Source of the DNA: the human T2T-CHM13v2.0 reference genome, Homo sapiens
DNA: 64,000 nucleotides
NCBI RefSeq assembly: GCF_009914755.1
Contig: NC_060933.1
Strand: one strand, 5' to 3'
The notes beneath the pieces are model-generated. The model saw only the letters and a program-made list of their open reading frames with translations, ran no database searches and was not told where the DNA came from. Of the stretch, positions 1 to 13,925 are shown in pieces. The position numbers and the translations under genes were made by a program. The number at the start of each line of letters is the position of its first letter. Position 1 is the first letter of the stretch.

Positions 1-2419
1 AGGTCTTATTATCAACTCAAAAGAAAATATTCATAAGAATTCAGGGGTAAGAAATATACTAACAGTATTTAAATCATGGTTTTTGCCCATGGGGAGTTTT
101 ATAAATGAAATAGCTCTCTTTTCTGGAATAATCAATAGATTATTGAGAAATAATAGAGAAAGAGACCTGGGTTATTCTGTATTATAATTAGGACAAAATG
201 CTACAGGTAATGTTTAAAAGTAGAAGTCATGATAGGGAAGAACAAATTTGCTAACATAATCTATGCTTTGAGTCTAATCATAATCCCTACAACATTAACA
301 TTATTAATTATAAATAGTAAAAAACCTGAGACTATATGATTAGTCTACAAAGGCTTTCTTCCAACATCAAGATTATAAATGCACAGGTATTCAATCAAAG
401 AGGCCCTCAACACTCCAGTGGCTATCTCAGTTTTAGTTGAAGAGAGTGGATTTACCCACGTAGTATTTACTGAGAAACAGTGTCATTAGACAGACTACAG
501 ACCAGTCTCAATCATCAAGTCATATAAACATAGGTCCATTAATTTTTTCCTAGCAAACACAAATTATTTTTATCATTGTACTATCTGAATAATAATGCTT
601 TTCTGTTATCATGAAGCAACAATGCCTACAATGAGTTTCATTAACATGCACTGAAGTATGAAAGCTCAACAAAAGCATAAAAATCTATGTACTTTAAACT
701 TTATTGTTCTCCATTTTCCAAAAAGCATTTGAGATGACCCAAAAAGGAGGAAAAAAATCTATCTATCTATCTATCTAAGTATACATATATGAGACAGAAG
801 GAAAAAAATTCATCTGCATACATAATGCAGTTCAAAATAAAGTAATTCAATAAAACACAGATCATTTTGTGATAAATAATATACTTCTAAACCTAACTAG
901 TAGATATTTTGACATCTCTTTTCTTTAAGCATATTTATTGGACTATTTTTAAGATATGCATTAAAGCACTTTTACCAATATCATTTTATCCATTCAAATT
1001 ATCAGGGGAAAAAGAGGTAAAAGTGATAAAATTAACTTCTATTGGCCAAACACTGTAAATATGATCTCATTTAATCCTCACAATATCCTTTCAAGGTCGT
1101 GTTACTCTCTTATAGATGAAAAGAGAGAAACAAAGATAAAACTTACACACCTGAGAGGAGGTGGGGCTGAAGTCAAACCTAAGACTGTCTGACACTAAAT
1201 TCCATGGAGTCTCATGATTTAAGGCCACATGTGGGAGAGGGAGAAGGAGAGGGAGAGAGCAATGGGGATCCTTTACATGTCAACCCTGCCCCATCTTTCT
1301 CTCAGCAATAAATGTGAGCCAAACCTTTGGACACAAACACAACCTGACCGACTGCAGTGTAATCAGTTCCACTCACACAGTAGTTAACAATCCACTGGGA
1401 TGCAATGTTAGCAACCTGGCTAAAAGTACACATTTATTTAACTGAACAACGCTTAGCCATTTCAGCGTCACTACAATGACTGCAGAAGATTCTGAAAGAT
1501 CCATCCAACCAGGTCTTTAAGGCACAAGAAGACAATGTAATTCACAAACAGTGTAATTTAGCAATTATTCACAGCAGGAGTTTTGCTAAAATAGTTCACA
1601 ATTGGACATACTAGGATGCTTTTCTCATTCCCAGATTTGGTAAAGGACAATCAGTTCATTTGAGGACTGAAACATTTTCAAAATGCACTGTAAAATTAGA
1701 CATATTCACTCCCCCCACCTCATCTAGGTTTGAGGCTCTTTTTTTCTCCCAATTCTATTGTTCAGTTAATCTGTGCATGCATGCCAGAATATTCTAATTT
1801 AAATCTGAGCCTGGAACATGCTATATTTTGTTTCTAGCTGCAAGAGTGTGAATGCCATAAATAACATGTACTGTGCTTGTTCTCTGTTCCTAAACAGTCT
1901 GATAAGCTCATACTGAAATCATTTCAGCAATCACATTTGACAGCTCTCTAGAATCCTGTTCTATCCAGCCTCCTAACCAGTCCATTATTTCTGCCAGTTT
2001 CCAGGCAGACGAGGCATTCAGACACCTGTCTCTAAATGAGAACAGACAGCCCCGGCGGAACCCTCGTAGGAGAGGTACGCTCCAGCTAATAGGCCATCAA
2101 TCTGTCAGTGGCTCTTAAACCCCCTCAGCTTTGTCCAGCTGAAGGCCAGCTCAGAGCCTCGATCAAGGTAGAACCCAGTGGGTGAGAGTCACGTCAAGTC
2201 CATTCCAAGAGACCTGTATGCAAAGTTGTATGCTAGACCAAACCAGCGCAACCCGGATCCACTACAGCGGCAGCATAGTACTTATCTTCCTGTAACTCAT
2301 TCATCCTTTAAATAAATAGTAATTGAACATCAACCAGGTCACAAAGACACCACGTGCCATAGAGAATTTTGAAGCTAGACAACTTCTAGGGTCCATTCCT
2401 GACTCCAATGCACATATAG

Positions 2420-2580
2420 GAGCCTACGTATCTTAAATTTTCTGGGCCTCAGTTTCTCCATCTGCAAGATGGTGATAACATACATCACTTCGCAGGACTG
2501 CTGTGAAGATCAAATGAGATCATGCATTTTGTAAGACATCTAGCATAATGCATTACTTCATAAAGAGCTACTTAATGAAA
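2420..2580 (+). mobile_element. MIR SINE fragment
   Basis: MIR core-like gcctcagtttctccatctgcaagatgg...tgtgaagatcaaatgagat. Confidence 0.75.
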
Positions 2581-2711
2581 AACCAATTATCTTGTTTCCT
2601 TCTCTCCTTGGGACCAAAGGATTTCCCATTTTCTCAAATCACGCAGCCTTTATATTAAAATCAAGAGCATATAGGACACTGAGAAGGAAATAGGGCTTTT
2701 CTCTTTTCATT

Positions 2712-2945
2712 TTTCAGTAAAATGGTTATTGAGGTATAACATTCATATAGAAAAGAGTATAAATCATAAAGGTAAAGCTCACTGAATTTTCACAAAGTGA
2801 CATACCTGTGTAGCCTAGATCAAAAAACAAAACAATAGCCTTCCAGGAGCCCCTTGTGCCCAATTCCAGCCATTTTTCCCCAATGCTAATTCCTTAACTG
2901 AATCCCAACACTATAGATCACTTTTTCCTGCTTTTGAATTGAGTA
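2712..2945 (-). mobile_element. Old L1M (L1MC/MD-like) 3' end fragment
   Basis: ttattgaggtataacattcatat...gaattttcacaaagtgacatacctgtgtagc resembles the reverse complement of an L1M 3' UTR. Confidence 0.6.
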
Positions 2946-3540
2946 AGATTTTAATTAGATCTGCACATACAAGTGGCAAATGGAAATACAGAACATTTTA
3001 TATGGATTTGTAGCTAATGAGCTAAGTCAAAGAGATAATAAGCCATAAAAAGAAATACATACATTGATAGCAGTGAAGATAATAAAGGTAATAAATGTTG
3101 CCAGGACTGTTAGGTTCCCTCCCTTCTCTTATTCCTTATGCAAACACTGTTGAACAAGCAGAGAAATCTTACACATTCAGGTGGTAAGATACATTATATG
3201 TGCTGTCTGTGTGGTCCTTGATTGAGAAGTAGACATACTACTCCAAGATGATGATGAAGAAGGAGGTGTATTTTGTAGAAAGAAGAAAAAAAGATCTAAT
3301 TCTAAAAGTAGTTTCCATTACCCAAGCTTAAAACACAAACCAGTAATTTCCTCCAAAATACATTTAAGTCTTACTGATAGCCTCCTCAATACCTTAAAAA
3401 CTACCTGTGAAACCCTTGGAATCCTTAGAAAACAAACTTTGGAAACTCTCATCTAGTCAAATGTAACAATATTTGCCCTTCAGGATTAGAAATTCCAGCA
3501 GACCTTTTCCCCCCGAGACCAAAATGTGTGCTCCCCATCA

Positions 3541-4942
3541 TTTTTAAAAAATGTTTGTGGGTTCATAGTAGGTGTATATATTTATGGGGTACATGAGATG
3601 CGTTGATACAGGGATGTAATATAAAATAAGCACATCATGGAAAATGTGTTATCCGTCCCCTTAAGCATTTATCCTTCGAGTTACAAATAATCCAATTAAA
3701 CTTATTTAAAAATGTACAATTAAATTATTGACTATGGTGACACCGTGGTGCCATTGAATAGTAGGTCTTATGCATTCTTTCTATTTTTTTGGACCCACTA
3801 ACCATCCCTGCCTGTCCCCCTCCCAAGCCCCCCACCACCCTTCTCAGCCTATGGTAACCATCCTTCTATTCTCCATTTCCATGGGCTCAATTGTATTGAT
3901 TTTTAGATCCCACAAATAAGTCAGAACATGTGGCATTTGTCTTTCTGTGCCTGGCTTATTTCACTTAGCATAATGGTCTCCAGTTCCATCTATGTTGATG
4001 CAAATGACTGGATCTCATTCTTTTTTATAGGACATTGTGTATATATACCACATTTTTTAATCCATTCATCCGTTGATGGACACTTTGGTTGCTTCCAAAT
4101 CTTAGCTACTGTAAACAGTGCTGCAACAAACATAGGAGTGCAGATATCTCTTCAATATACTGATTTCCTTTCTTTTAGGTATATCCAGCAGTGGGATTGA
4201 TAGCTGGATCTTACGGTGGCTCAATTTTTGTTTTTTTGAGGAATCTCCAAACTGTTCTCCACAGTGGCTGTACTAATTTACATTTCCACCAACAGTGTAT
4301 GAAGGGCCCTTTTTCTCCACATCCTCACTAGAATTTGTTATTGCCTGTCTTTTGGATATAAGCCATTTTAACTATGGTGAGATGATATCGCCTCGTAGTT
4401 TTGATTTGCATTTCTCTGCTGATCAGTGATGTTGAGCACCTTTTCATATGCCTGTTTGCCATTTGTATGTCTTCTTTTGAGAACTGTCTATTCAAATATT
4501 TTGCCCAATTTTTTGACTGGATTATTAGATTTTTTTCCTAGAGTTATTTGAGTTCCTTATATATTCTGGTAGTTAATCCCTTGTCAAATGGGTAGTTTGA
4601 AAATATTTTCTCCCATTCTGTGAGTTGTCTCTTCACTTTGTCGGTCGCTATACAGAAGCTTTTTAACTTGATGTGATCTCATTTGTCCATCTTTGCTTTG
4701 GTTGCCTGTGTTTTGTGGGGTACTGCTCAAGAAATCTCTGCCAAGACCAATGTCCTGGAGACTTTCCCCCATGTTTTCTTGTAGTAGTTTCACAGTTTAA
4801 GGTCCTAGATTTAAGTCTTTAAGCCATTTTGAATTTTAGAGACAGGGGTCAACTTTCATTCTTCTGCGTATGGGTATCCAGTTTTCCAAGCACCATTTAT
4901 TGAAGAGAATGTCTGTTTCCCAGCGTGTTCTTGGCACCTTTG
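3541..4942 (-). mobile_element. 5'-truncated L1MA-type LINE-1 (ORF2 3' part + 3' UTR)
   Basis: T-rich start followed by gtaggtgtatatatttatggggtacatgag; minus ORF 4584-4793 (KLLQENMGESLQDIGLGRDFLS) is L1 ORF2-like; possible TSD ccccatc at ~3533 and ~4944. Confidence 0.92.
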
Positions 4943-5124
4943 ACCCCATCCCTCTTGATGGCATGACTGGAACTTCACATAACTCGCTGAGAGGTCAACA
5001 AAGAGTACAGGACACCAGGATGAAGCCAGAAATGCTGACTTATCTGCTTTTCAAATATTCTACAATGTAATGAATCTTAGTCACTAACACTGTAGCATCA
5101 TGTGCTGACATTATCAAAAGCTGC

Positions 5125-5890
5125 TCAAAAAGATGCTCGGCATCATTAGTCACTAGGAAAATCCAAATCAAAGCCACAATAAATAACACAACCACCAGGA
5201 TGGCTACCAAAAAAATGGAAAATAACAAGTGTTGGCCAGGAAGTGGAGAAATTTGAACATTCGTGCACTGCTGGTAGGAATGTAAAATGGTGCAGCTGCT
5301 GTGGAAAACAGTTTGGCAGTTCTTCAAAAAGTTAAATAGAATTACTATATGACCCGACAATTCTACTCCTAGATGTTATACCCAAAAGAATTGAAAATGG
5401 TACTCAAACAAATACGTCACAGCAGTACTATTTACAATAGTCAAAAGGTGGAAATAACCCAAATTTCCATCAACAGATGAATGAATAGGTAAACAAAATG
5501 TGACATGTACATGCAATGGAATATTATTCAGCTATAAAAAATGAATGAGGCACTGATACATACTGCAATGTGGATGAACCTTGAATACATGCTAAGTGGA
5601 AGAAGCCAGACACAAAAGGTCGTATAATATATGATTCCATTTATGTGAAATGCCCAGATTATGCAAGTACATAGAGACAAAAAGCAGATTAGTAGTTGCC
5701 TGTGGCTGAGAGGAGGTAAGAAGGGAGAACTACCGATTGATGGGTAGATTTATCTTAGGGCGATGATAATGTTTCAAAACTTGATATAAGTGATGGTTGC
5801 ACAACATTGCAAATGTACTGAATACCACCAAACTACAGACTTAAAAATGATTAATTTTATGCCATGCACATTTCACTTCCATTCTTAAAA
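5125..5890 (+). mobile_element. L1MB-type LINE-1 3' fragment
   Basis: L1 ORF2-end and 3' UTR motifs: caaatcaaagccacaat, tgtaaaatggtgcagctgctgtggaaaacagtttggcagttc, atggatgaaccttgaa, gaagccagacacaaaagg. Confidence 0.9.
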
Positions 5891-6879
5891 TGTCGAGAAA
5901 GATAAACAAAAACCAAAAAGATGGGGAAAAAGACACTGCTCATAGGTACCAAAGGAAAAAAATACTCCTAAAAGTATAAAGGTGATGATGGAACAGTCAA
6001 GCAATTCAACTGAGAGGTCAATTAGAAATTGTTCCAATGGTTCTAGTCCCTCTCTCTTTGGCGATACAATAAAGGTTCTTTTTAAATCCTCTTCTTTAAA
6101 TAACTCTTTTTAAACCCGCATTTTTTCATGCCAATATATACAGGGCAGGGAGCCTAGACTCTGGCTAGCCAGGAAAGACCTAGCAGATAGCAAGAGTCTA
6201 GACAGATAGGAGGTTAAGTTGAGCAAAATCAAAGGAGCCCAGGAGGTCCTTTTAGCCTAGGCAAGTAGGGTACAGGGATCAGGAGGTCAGACAAAGGCAG
6301 CCTGAGCAGCCCTGCAGAGCAAGAGACACCAAGTGAGACCCACCGTCAGGCAGATCTAAGTGCCTTCAGTCCTGTGCAGACTGCCTGATGTATGGATGTG
6401 GAAACCCTGAAACCACAGACGTTCACTACACACAGGAGGAGGTTTCAAAAGTGCAGGTGAACATTTAAGGCAGAGCAAGAGGGGCTGGTTTCAGCGGAAT
6501 ACCCTTCATTCCTTCCCAAGTTTCTTAGAATTGGCTCTAAAATCTGCATTCCAGCTAGGAACTTTGGTCCTTAGCAGCGTAATCACCAAGAACCAACTTT
6601 CACAGAAGTCTATAAAAATTACAAAATGCAAAAGCATATCATCTCACTTTCTTCTGCATAGAATGCTTTTTTTTCAAAATTTTATATTTTTATATATTTT
6701 TAAAAATCTTATTTTTAAAAGAAGTTGTCAGCTGACAAATATATTTAGAGATGGCAGAATGGCTCATAAAACAAACTGAAGGCGTAGAGCTATATATCAT
6801 GTAGCAGCCTAACAAATTTGAGTATTTCTAATGTGCAACAAGGAAAACATACGCAACGTGTCAAGTGACAAAGGAATAA

Positions 6880-7380
<501 letters not shown>

Positions 7381-7794
7381 TGGAATTGAGAATTCTTGAA
7401 CTTCTCAGAGTTCTGCACCAGAATGGCACAGTGCTGGAAGAGCTTCCCACACCTGACTTGACCCTTTCTCTTTCCACCCTAAAATCTATCTTATAGCATA
7501 AAGGGTATTTCTCCCTCACCCAAAACAGCTGTCCCTTGGTCACCCCTTAAGGCTGCAGCGCACCCACTTCAGGAAGATGGAACTAAAGAAAAAGCCAGAG
7601 AAGACCCTAGAAGAAGGCTCCAGGCCATTTGGGTAGAGAATTTTAAGGCCCCAAATATCCACAGCAAGGTCTAGAAGGAGGAAGCACAGGCTTTAAGTAG
7701 GTACACCTTCCTGGACGTGCAGACTCCCTATCCCATGGGGAAAAGAGAAGATGGAGAAGGGCCAGAATAGGGCCCTTCAAAGCTACGCTCCTTA

Positions 7795-7925
7795 AAGTGT
7801 TTTCCAAATAGGAGCATGGACTTCCCCTTGGGAGCTTGCTAGAAATGGAGAATCCTAGGCTCCACCCTGGACCTATTCAATCAAAATCTCTAGGTGATTC
7901 CTATGCACATTCAAGTTCAAGGGCA
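7795..7925. mobile_element. MER5A-like hAT-Charlie MITE
   Basis: gggagcttgctagaaatggagaatcctaggctccacc...ggtgattcctatgcacattcaagtt. Confidence 0.7.
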
Positions 7926-8093
7926 GGTACTAAAACAGGGACCTATTTTGTCCAAATCAAAGGGCGATGCTGTATACAGAGACTACTAACTCCTTAAATG
8001 AATGCCAGCTATTTAAGATGAACTAAAATCCCTTTCATGCACATGGCAACACAAGGATTTGTTTAATTGCCCCCAAAAACATAGGCGAAGGAT

Positions 8094-8121
8094 AAAAAAA
8101 AAAAAAAAAAAAAAAAAAAAA
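8094..8121 (+). repeat. Poly(A) tract (~27 nt)
   Basis: Uninterrupted A run seen directly. Confidence 0.95.
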
Positions 8122-8192
8122 CTAGAATGAGATAGGTCCTATCTGCATTTCTGGGTTCAGATTAAGCCATAAAGTTTTAAAAAACTGTAATA

Positions 8193-8459
8193 CTATAATT
8201 CTAGCACTTTGGGAGGCTAAGGCAGGAGGATTCCTTGAGCCTAGGAATTCAATAACAGCCTAGGCAACATTGTGAGACCCCATTTCTATTAAAAAAAAAA
8301 GTTAAAAAATTGGCTGGGCATGGTGGTGCATGTCTGCAGTCCCAGTTATTCAGGAGTCTAATGTAAGAGGATTGCTTGAGCCCAGGAGGTCAAGTCTCAG
8401 TGATCACACCACTTGTGCTCCAACCTGGGCAACACAGTAGCACCTTGTCTCAAAAAAAA
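8193..8459 (+). mobile_element. AluJ-like SINE, 5'-truncated
   Basis: agcactttgggaggctaaggcaggaggattccttgagcc (AluJ-type), dimer linker, short A tail. Confidence 0.92.
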
Positions 8460-9379
8460 GTCGTAACAGATCCCCAGAAACTTTATTAATTCTATCAAGG
8501 CATAATACCAACAGAAAACAAGTTAGAAACAGAAAAAAAAGTCTGTTTCTATAATCAAAAGCAGGATTCCATAACCTAATTATTATATTTTCAATTAAAC
8601 CAGAGCTCCTGGTATGTTTTCCCCCTTGTTTCTTGAATTAGCAGAGACCTGTAAGCATGTTCAGAGCAGGGATATGTTAATTAAGGAGAGAATTTCCCAG
8701 TAAGAAGCTCAGCCCACAACACCTGATAATTAGGAATGTTATAACAATTCACTGACCCTTCAGGGATCCTTTGGTCGTGTTGGCTGTCCTCGGGGATTCA
8801 CAGAAAGCGGTATCACAATTTTTCCCAGTTGTCACTTCTGCTGCTGCTTTTGCAGACTGCCACATTTACAAGTCTTCAAGAAATTGTTTGGGGAGCCACA
8901 TGACACCGGGATCACAGGAACTCTCTTTTTTGACAGTATCTGCCTTTCTGCCCTCAGGAGCCCTTTAACCTCAACCTGAGCACTTCTTGGGGGAAGAGTT
9001 CAACAGCACAATTCCTCACACCCCAGAGTATGGAATCTTGCCTTCAGAACCTGAATGTCACTTGGTGTCTTAGAATGACCTTCTTCTTCAGAGGGTGAGT
9101 GGTGAGGGGGACCAAAACACAAATGTGTGTGTGGCAGGGGGGATCTTCGTTACTTCATATTCTCTTGTAGTAGCAGGAGGGTGCCTGACTTCACCACACT
9201 GCTATGTGTACTATTATTGCTAAGCGAGCCAGGACACGGAGTTTCTGAATATGTTTGCTTCTGATAGAAGAACTGCAGATGAGACAATAAAGCAGAAACT
9301 TGAAAAGAAGCAGCAACACTAGTCTAAAAGTACTAGGAGTAGAAATAATCTCAACAAGACCACTTACTACAGCTGTACA

Positions 9380-9585
9380 GAGTGCTAAGCAGTTTCCAAA
9401 TGTGCACGTTTTCATTTCATCTTCACTATAACCTTTTATGGCAAATGTTATCTCCATTTTACAGGTGAAAGCATTAAGACTTGGATTACTTGTTAGAAGA
9501 TCCTACAGATAGTGAGCCATGATTCAAAACCAGGTCTAGTTAACTAAAGTAAAAGCTCCTGACCAGTGTATTATACTGTAGCAAA
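9380..9585 (-). mobile_element. MIR SINE
   Basis: atctccattttacaggtgaaa...gagccatgattcaaaaccaggtct. Confidence 0.7.
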
Positions 9586-9639
9586 AACAGAAGGCTCCAG
9601 AAGGTCCAACTGGATCCCTGCATGTTTGACAACCCCAGA

Positions 9640-10260
9640 ATATCCCAAAGCTACCTCTCACCTATCTCGTATTCCACCTTCTATCTCTCTCCTACTTAAA
9701 TTTCCACATCTGGCCACATTCTTTAACTTTAGCTCCCATGGATTCTCCATTTTCTGCTTTCCCTTCCCCCTGCCAGTGGCCTAGTTGAGGCTCTAGTCAC
9801 TTCTCTTCTCTGTTACTGCAGCAGTGCCCTAACTCATCTCCTCCATGTAACTCTTGTTTCTGTTATACATCTCCACCTGGTGCCAGAATAAGCTTCCCAA
9901 AGCACGGGTCAGGGATGGCCCCTCCTCAGAAACTATCCAACTTCCTAGAAGGCACAGACTCATACTAACCCTCCTTCCTGTCTTGCCTTCCACCACATCG
10001 GTCTTCCTGTACTTGACCCAAACGATTGTATCCCTGCCCCACTCAAATGCAAGCCCACGACACTGACCATTGCTCCTTCATCTCCTGGGACTGGAATGCT
10101 CCCGTCTTCACTCTTGCAGTCAAAATCTATCCATTTACTCAAGGCTCACTCAGGTGGAACCTCCTGCTGCCTGCCCACATCCCTCTGTCACAATGAATCC
10201 TTCTTTCCTACATGCTCCTATACCAGATGACTTGGCCTTGAGCCGCCTGGAGTTTACTCT
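9640..10260 (+). mobile_element. L2 LINE fragment
   Basis: Pyrimidine-rich L2 3' motifs (ttactgcagcagtgccctaact, ctggaatgctccc, ctatccatttactcaaggctca). Confidence 0.6.
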
Positions 10261-11489
10261 GTAGGTTTCAGTTTGCCTGATTCCTTGCTATGCTGAAAGA
10301 TTCAAGGTCATCTTTAAGACCTCAGTGCTTTTCACAGGGAATTACCATCTGAAAAAAGCCCCAAGTGAGGATTTTCCTTTACCGTTTGAAGACTTTTTTA
10401 ACTCCTCACCAGCAACAAAAATTCTGGGATGCACTGCGTTTTACATTTTGTTTTTGTTGTTTGTTTTATTTTTTCTGGCTAAGAACACAGAAATCAAATC
10501 TCTTTTTTTTTTCTCTCAGGCCTTGCCCTACTCTAATTTCAATCCTCTCTAATCTTTATTTTCTACTTTATACTTGTAGTTTTACTATTCTCTGCTCCCC
10601 TTAATTTCTGTAGAACAAGATAGGATATAAATAAACAGATGTATAAATAAAGAGTGGGTTTTTGAAAAATGATTGACAACTTGAATTGAAAGCAAGACTC
10701 CTGTTGTGAAAGAAGTAGAGAACTCAGCCCAAATTGGTAACGGTTTCTATCAGTAGCCAAAATGGGAGGATATAAGACTCAAACCAGAAAACAGTTTTCT
10801 CCCTGAGACTCCAAGAGTGCTAGAGGAAAAACAGAGAGGCTACTGTGAAGACCTGCAGCCTTAAGCCCTGAGACTCACCTACTAAATAGGTGCCCAGCAA
10901 ACGGCGCATTACCTGAGAATTTTTTCCTTGAACTTTGACTCCCAAATTCATTCCCACCATAGTGATTACTAGTTGTTCATAGAACAGAGGTGTGAGAAGA
11001 ACTGTGGGTGATATACCAGGAGGAACTTCAGGAAAGCCGTTTGGAGGACTCATTCTTGATGCCAAAATCCCTCCCTACTCCTTGCGTTTGAGTATCAACT
11101 GCTGATCTCCAGGAGAAATAAAGACCAGTAGAGGGGCTAAAAATAAAAGGGGCAGACCGCAGTGGATTCTTAGTCCTATCGAAGTTACTACCCCACTGCA
11201 GCTATGGCAGAAAGAGAGCCAGAGCTGAAGACAGGGGTGTCCATGTTCTAACCTTTGCTGTATAATTTACTAGGGAAGGAGATTTGAAAAAAATCACCCC
11301 ACTCTCTGAGCACCAGTTTTCCCCATCTGAAAATGGGAATAGCTTTACCTTCCTTACTGAATACTTTGAAGATTAAATGAAATGACATGTGAACTTGCTT
11401 TATAAACTCTTCACAGACAAAGCTGTTAATTTCATTTCGAGAAAGATTTCTTGAGAGAGGCATCGTAGCACAGGAGCCTAGCACGGATA

Positions 11490-11700
11490 CCTAAACTAAA
11501 GCTTAGGACTTGCATTCTAATTCTGTCACTTCCTAGCTTTGTGACCACAGGCAAATTACTAACCCCTCCGTGCCTCAGTTTTCTCATCTGTAAAATAGGA
11601 TGGTAAAAGTGTCGATCTGATAGGTTATCAGGAGATTAAATTAGCTACATTTTTACCTGAGCAAGGATTGGCATATAATAAATGTTATACACATGTTTTA
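11490..11700 (+). mobile_element. MIR SINE
   Basis: tgtgaccacaggcaaattactaacccctccgtgcctcagttttctcatctgtaaaatagg. Confidence 0.88.
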
Positions 11701-11771
11701 TAAATACATCAGTTGAGAATACCCCACAAGCCAAGTTCCATGCTGAGTGCTGCAGTGGGCAGATGTGTGTG

Positions 11772-11776
11772 CACAC

Positions 11777-11812
<36 letters not shown>
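11772..11812. repeat. (CA)n microsatellite
   Basis: Seen directly. Confidence 0.97.
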
Positions 11813-11815
<3 letters not shown>

Positions 11816-13769
11816 ACAATAAATCCTGGGGGAACTTTCACAGGCTCAGGCATTATTTTAATCTATGATCTAAGCACTAGGAGATAAATTTCTCAGAAAC
11901 AGAAAAATAGGTAATAACCTTGCCAACAGACTCGGAGTCACCATTCTCTTGAATTTCAAACCTCAGATTGTCATCGTGCCCTTATGGTCACTTAATTAAT
12001 TTGCAGTATCTCTCCAAGAGTTGCTTATGAAATGTTCAAGTCTTTTTTTAAATACACCATTTTATTTAATGAACTATTATTATGACAGCTGTGGAGAAAT
12101 TTCACTTTGGTGTTTTCCTGGGAATATTTTATACACACTTTTCAGCTGCCCACATTCAGGGGAGATACAAAATCCAGGAAAGGAAAAAAAAAATCACTTC
12201 ATTGGATAAAATGTTTTACAAGATAGCCCATCTGTCTTTGTGAGTTCAGAGTGTTTTTGTTTTTATTTATTTAAGTGGAACTTTAATGAGGGAGAAGAAC
12301 ATCTTTCCCCTCTTCCTGTTCACCTGGCTTGGAGGAAGCAACCTGGTAAAACTTCAATGAGGCCCAAGTAAATTTTGTCACTCTTGGATTAATTTATTTG
12401 TAATTAATCAAGAGTTTTATTTGGGGATGATTAGCAGCCAGCCATATTCCAGTTTCGACATCCTAAAAATATTATCCCATGATTAACTACTTCTTTTGAA
12501 GTGTGGTAGGAAACTTGTCCAACTTGTTACCAGGTTCCAAAAATCCTCTCTGTTGACACAGAGGGAAACCTCTAATTACATGAGTCACTGTAGTTTTACA
12601 ACTGAATAAACTGTTAAAGAAATTGGAAAAATTGTCATCAAGATGATAAAGGCCATTCTGGAACTCAATGCCAAATAGTCCCAGCTTGTACCTTTCAGAG
12701 AAATGACCACTTGTAAAGAGACTGACGTATGGGAGATCAAAGGTGAAATCCAATACACTTTCCCAGGCCTCAACAGGCCACTTTATCCTGATTAAAAGGA
12801 AAAGGAATTTCCCAGGCATGTCTCTTTAACGTTTTTATCCTGAAAGCAGGCATGAGAATACATTCTGCAAACCACTGTGCTAGCATGTTATAAAAGATGA
12901 TGACTGGCCCTTTGGTAAGTGACATAGTTTGGCCACACGTATTCAGCTCTCCAGTATTCTTTTTTTCATTGTTTTCTTCAAAGTTTACATCTGTACAGCT
13001 TCCTTAATCCTGATTTCTTAAATGTGTGGATCCAGCCTTTAAATGCATTCAACACTGTGCATTCAAGTATCCCTGTCTGTAGAAACATCATGAAGATGAC
13101 AGACTGGGCTCCGCATAACTCTGATCACCTTTGCCCCCAGTGACCTCCAAGGCAGTCTAATTTCCCCAACTGAGGAACTAACTGCCCTCCCCATGTCTTC
13201 TCTCACTATGAACCGTTGGGTAAAGCTGAGCAGCTTGCCACAACAATAGGAATCATCCATCTCTTACAAACTTGAGGAGGGAGAATAAAAAAGGAAAACC
13301 AATGTAATAAGCCTGGGCACCATACGTTGCTATAATCCTGCCCTTTGGGAACACTTTAAGGACTCTTTTCACACCTAGGGTGGTTCCACACTCTACCCAT
13401 TTCATATGGAATTTAATAGGGCACCTGGTTATTCTCTGGAGAGGGTCCTACATATTTATTCATAAAGGTATTTCTGCATATATTATGTAATTGGTGCCGA
13501 GGACCAAAATTTGAAGACTTGACTGAAAAAAAATTATTTTTCCCAGCTGTCCAATGCAGTATTATCTAGCCACTGAATAGCAAAATAGAGAAGCCACCAA
13601 ACATTTTCTACAGGTATCCAAGCATCTCTCTCTCTCTCTTCCAGACAATGTATTTCCTGTGAGCTATGTGGAAAGAGGCCTGTGCTTCTTGGAAACAAGC
13701 TGCTCTGATGGGTCTCCAGCCCACAAAATACAAAACTTCACAAACACAGGACGGCAGCCTCAAAAAGGA

Positions 13770-13925
13770 GCTTACAGACCACCTCATCTAACTCCCTCAA
13801 TTTTCTAGGCCATAAAAATACAGGCCAGGTAAGAGAAGTGACTCGTCCAAGGAAACACCACTATTTAGCGCCAAAGCCTGACCCAGAGCCTGCCTGGCTC
13901 CCAGCCAGTGCTCTTTCCCACTGTA
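13770..13925 (-). mobile_element. MIR/MIR3 fragment
   Basis: catctaactccctcaatttt...gaagtgactcgtccaagg...ctggctcccagccagtgctctttccc. Confidence 0.65.

Noticed and set aside
8524-8551. 10-bp perfect stems here and at 26139-26171; 14-bp palindrome at 47202-47215; 11-bp imperfect stem at 59387-59413
   Set aside because: By rough estimate a few such structures are expected by chance in 64 kb of AT-rich DNA
10873-11110. Minus-strand donors TAG|GTGAGT and CAG|GTAATG under an 81-aa ORF
   Set aside because: Only weak acceptors and no homology; cannot support an exon
12487-12819. 110-aa non-repeat ORF on the minus strand
   Set aside because: No recognisable homology or splice structure; such lengths occur by chance in 64 kb
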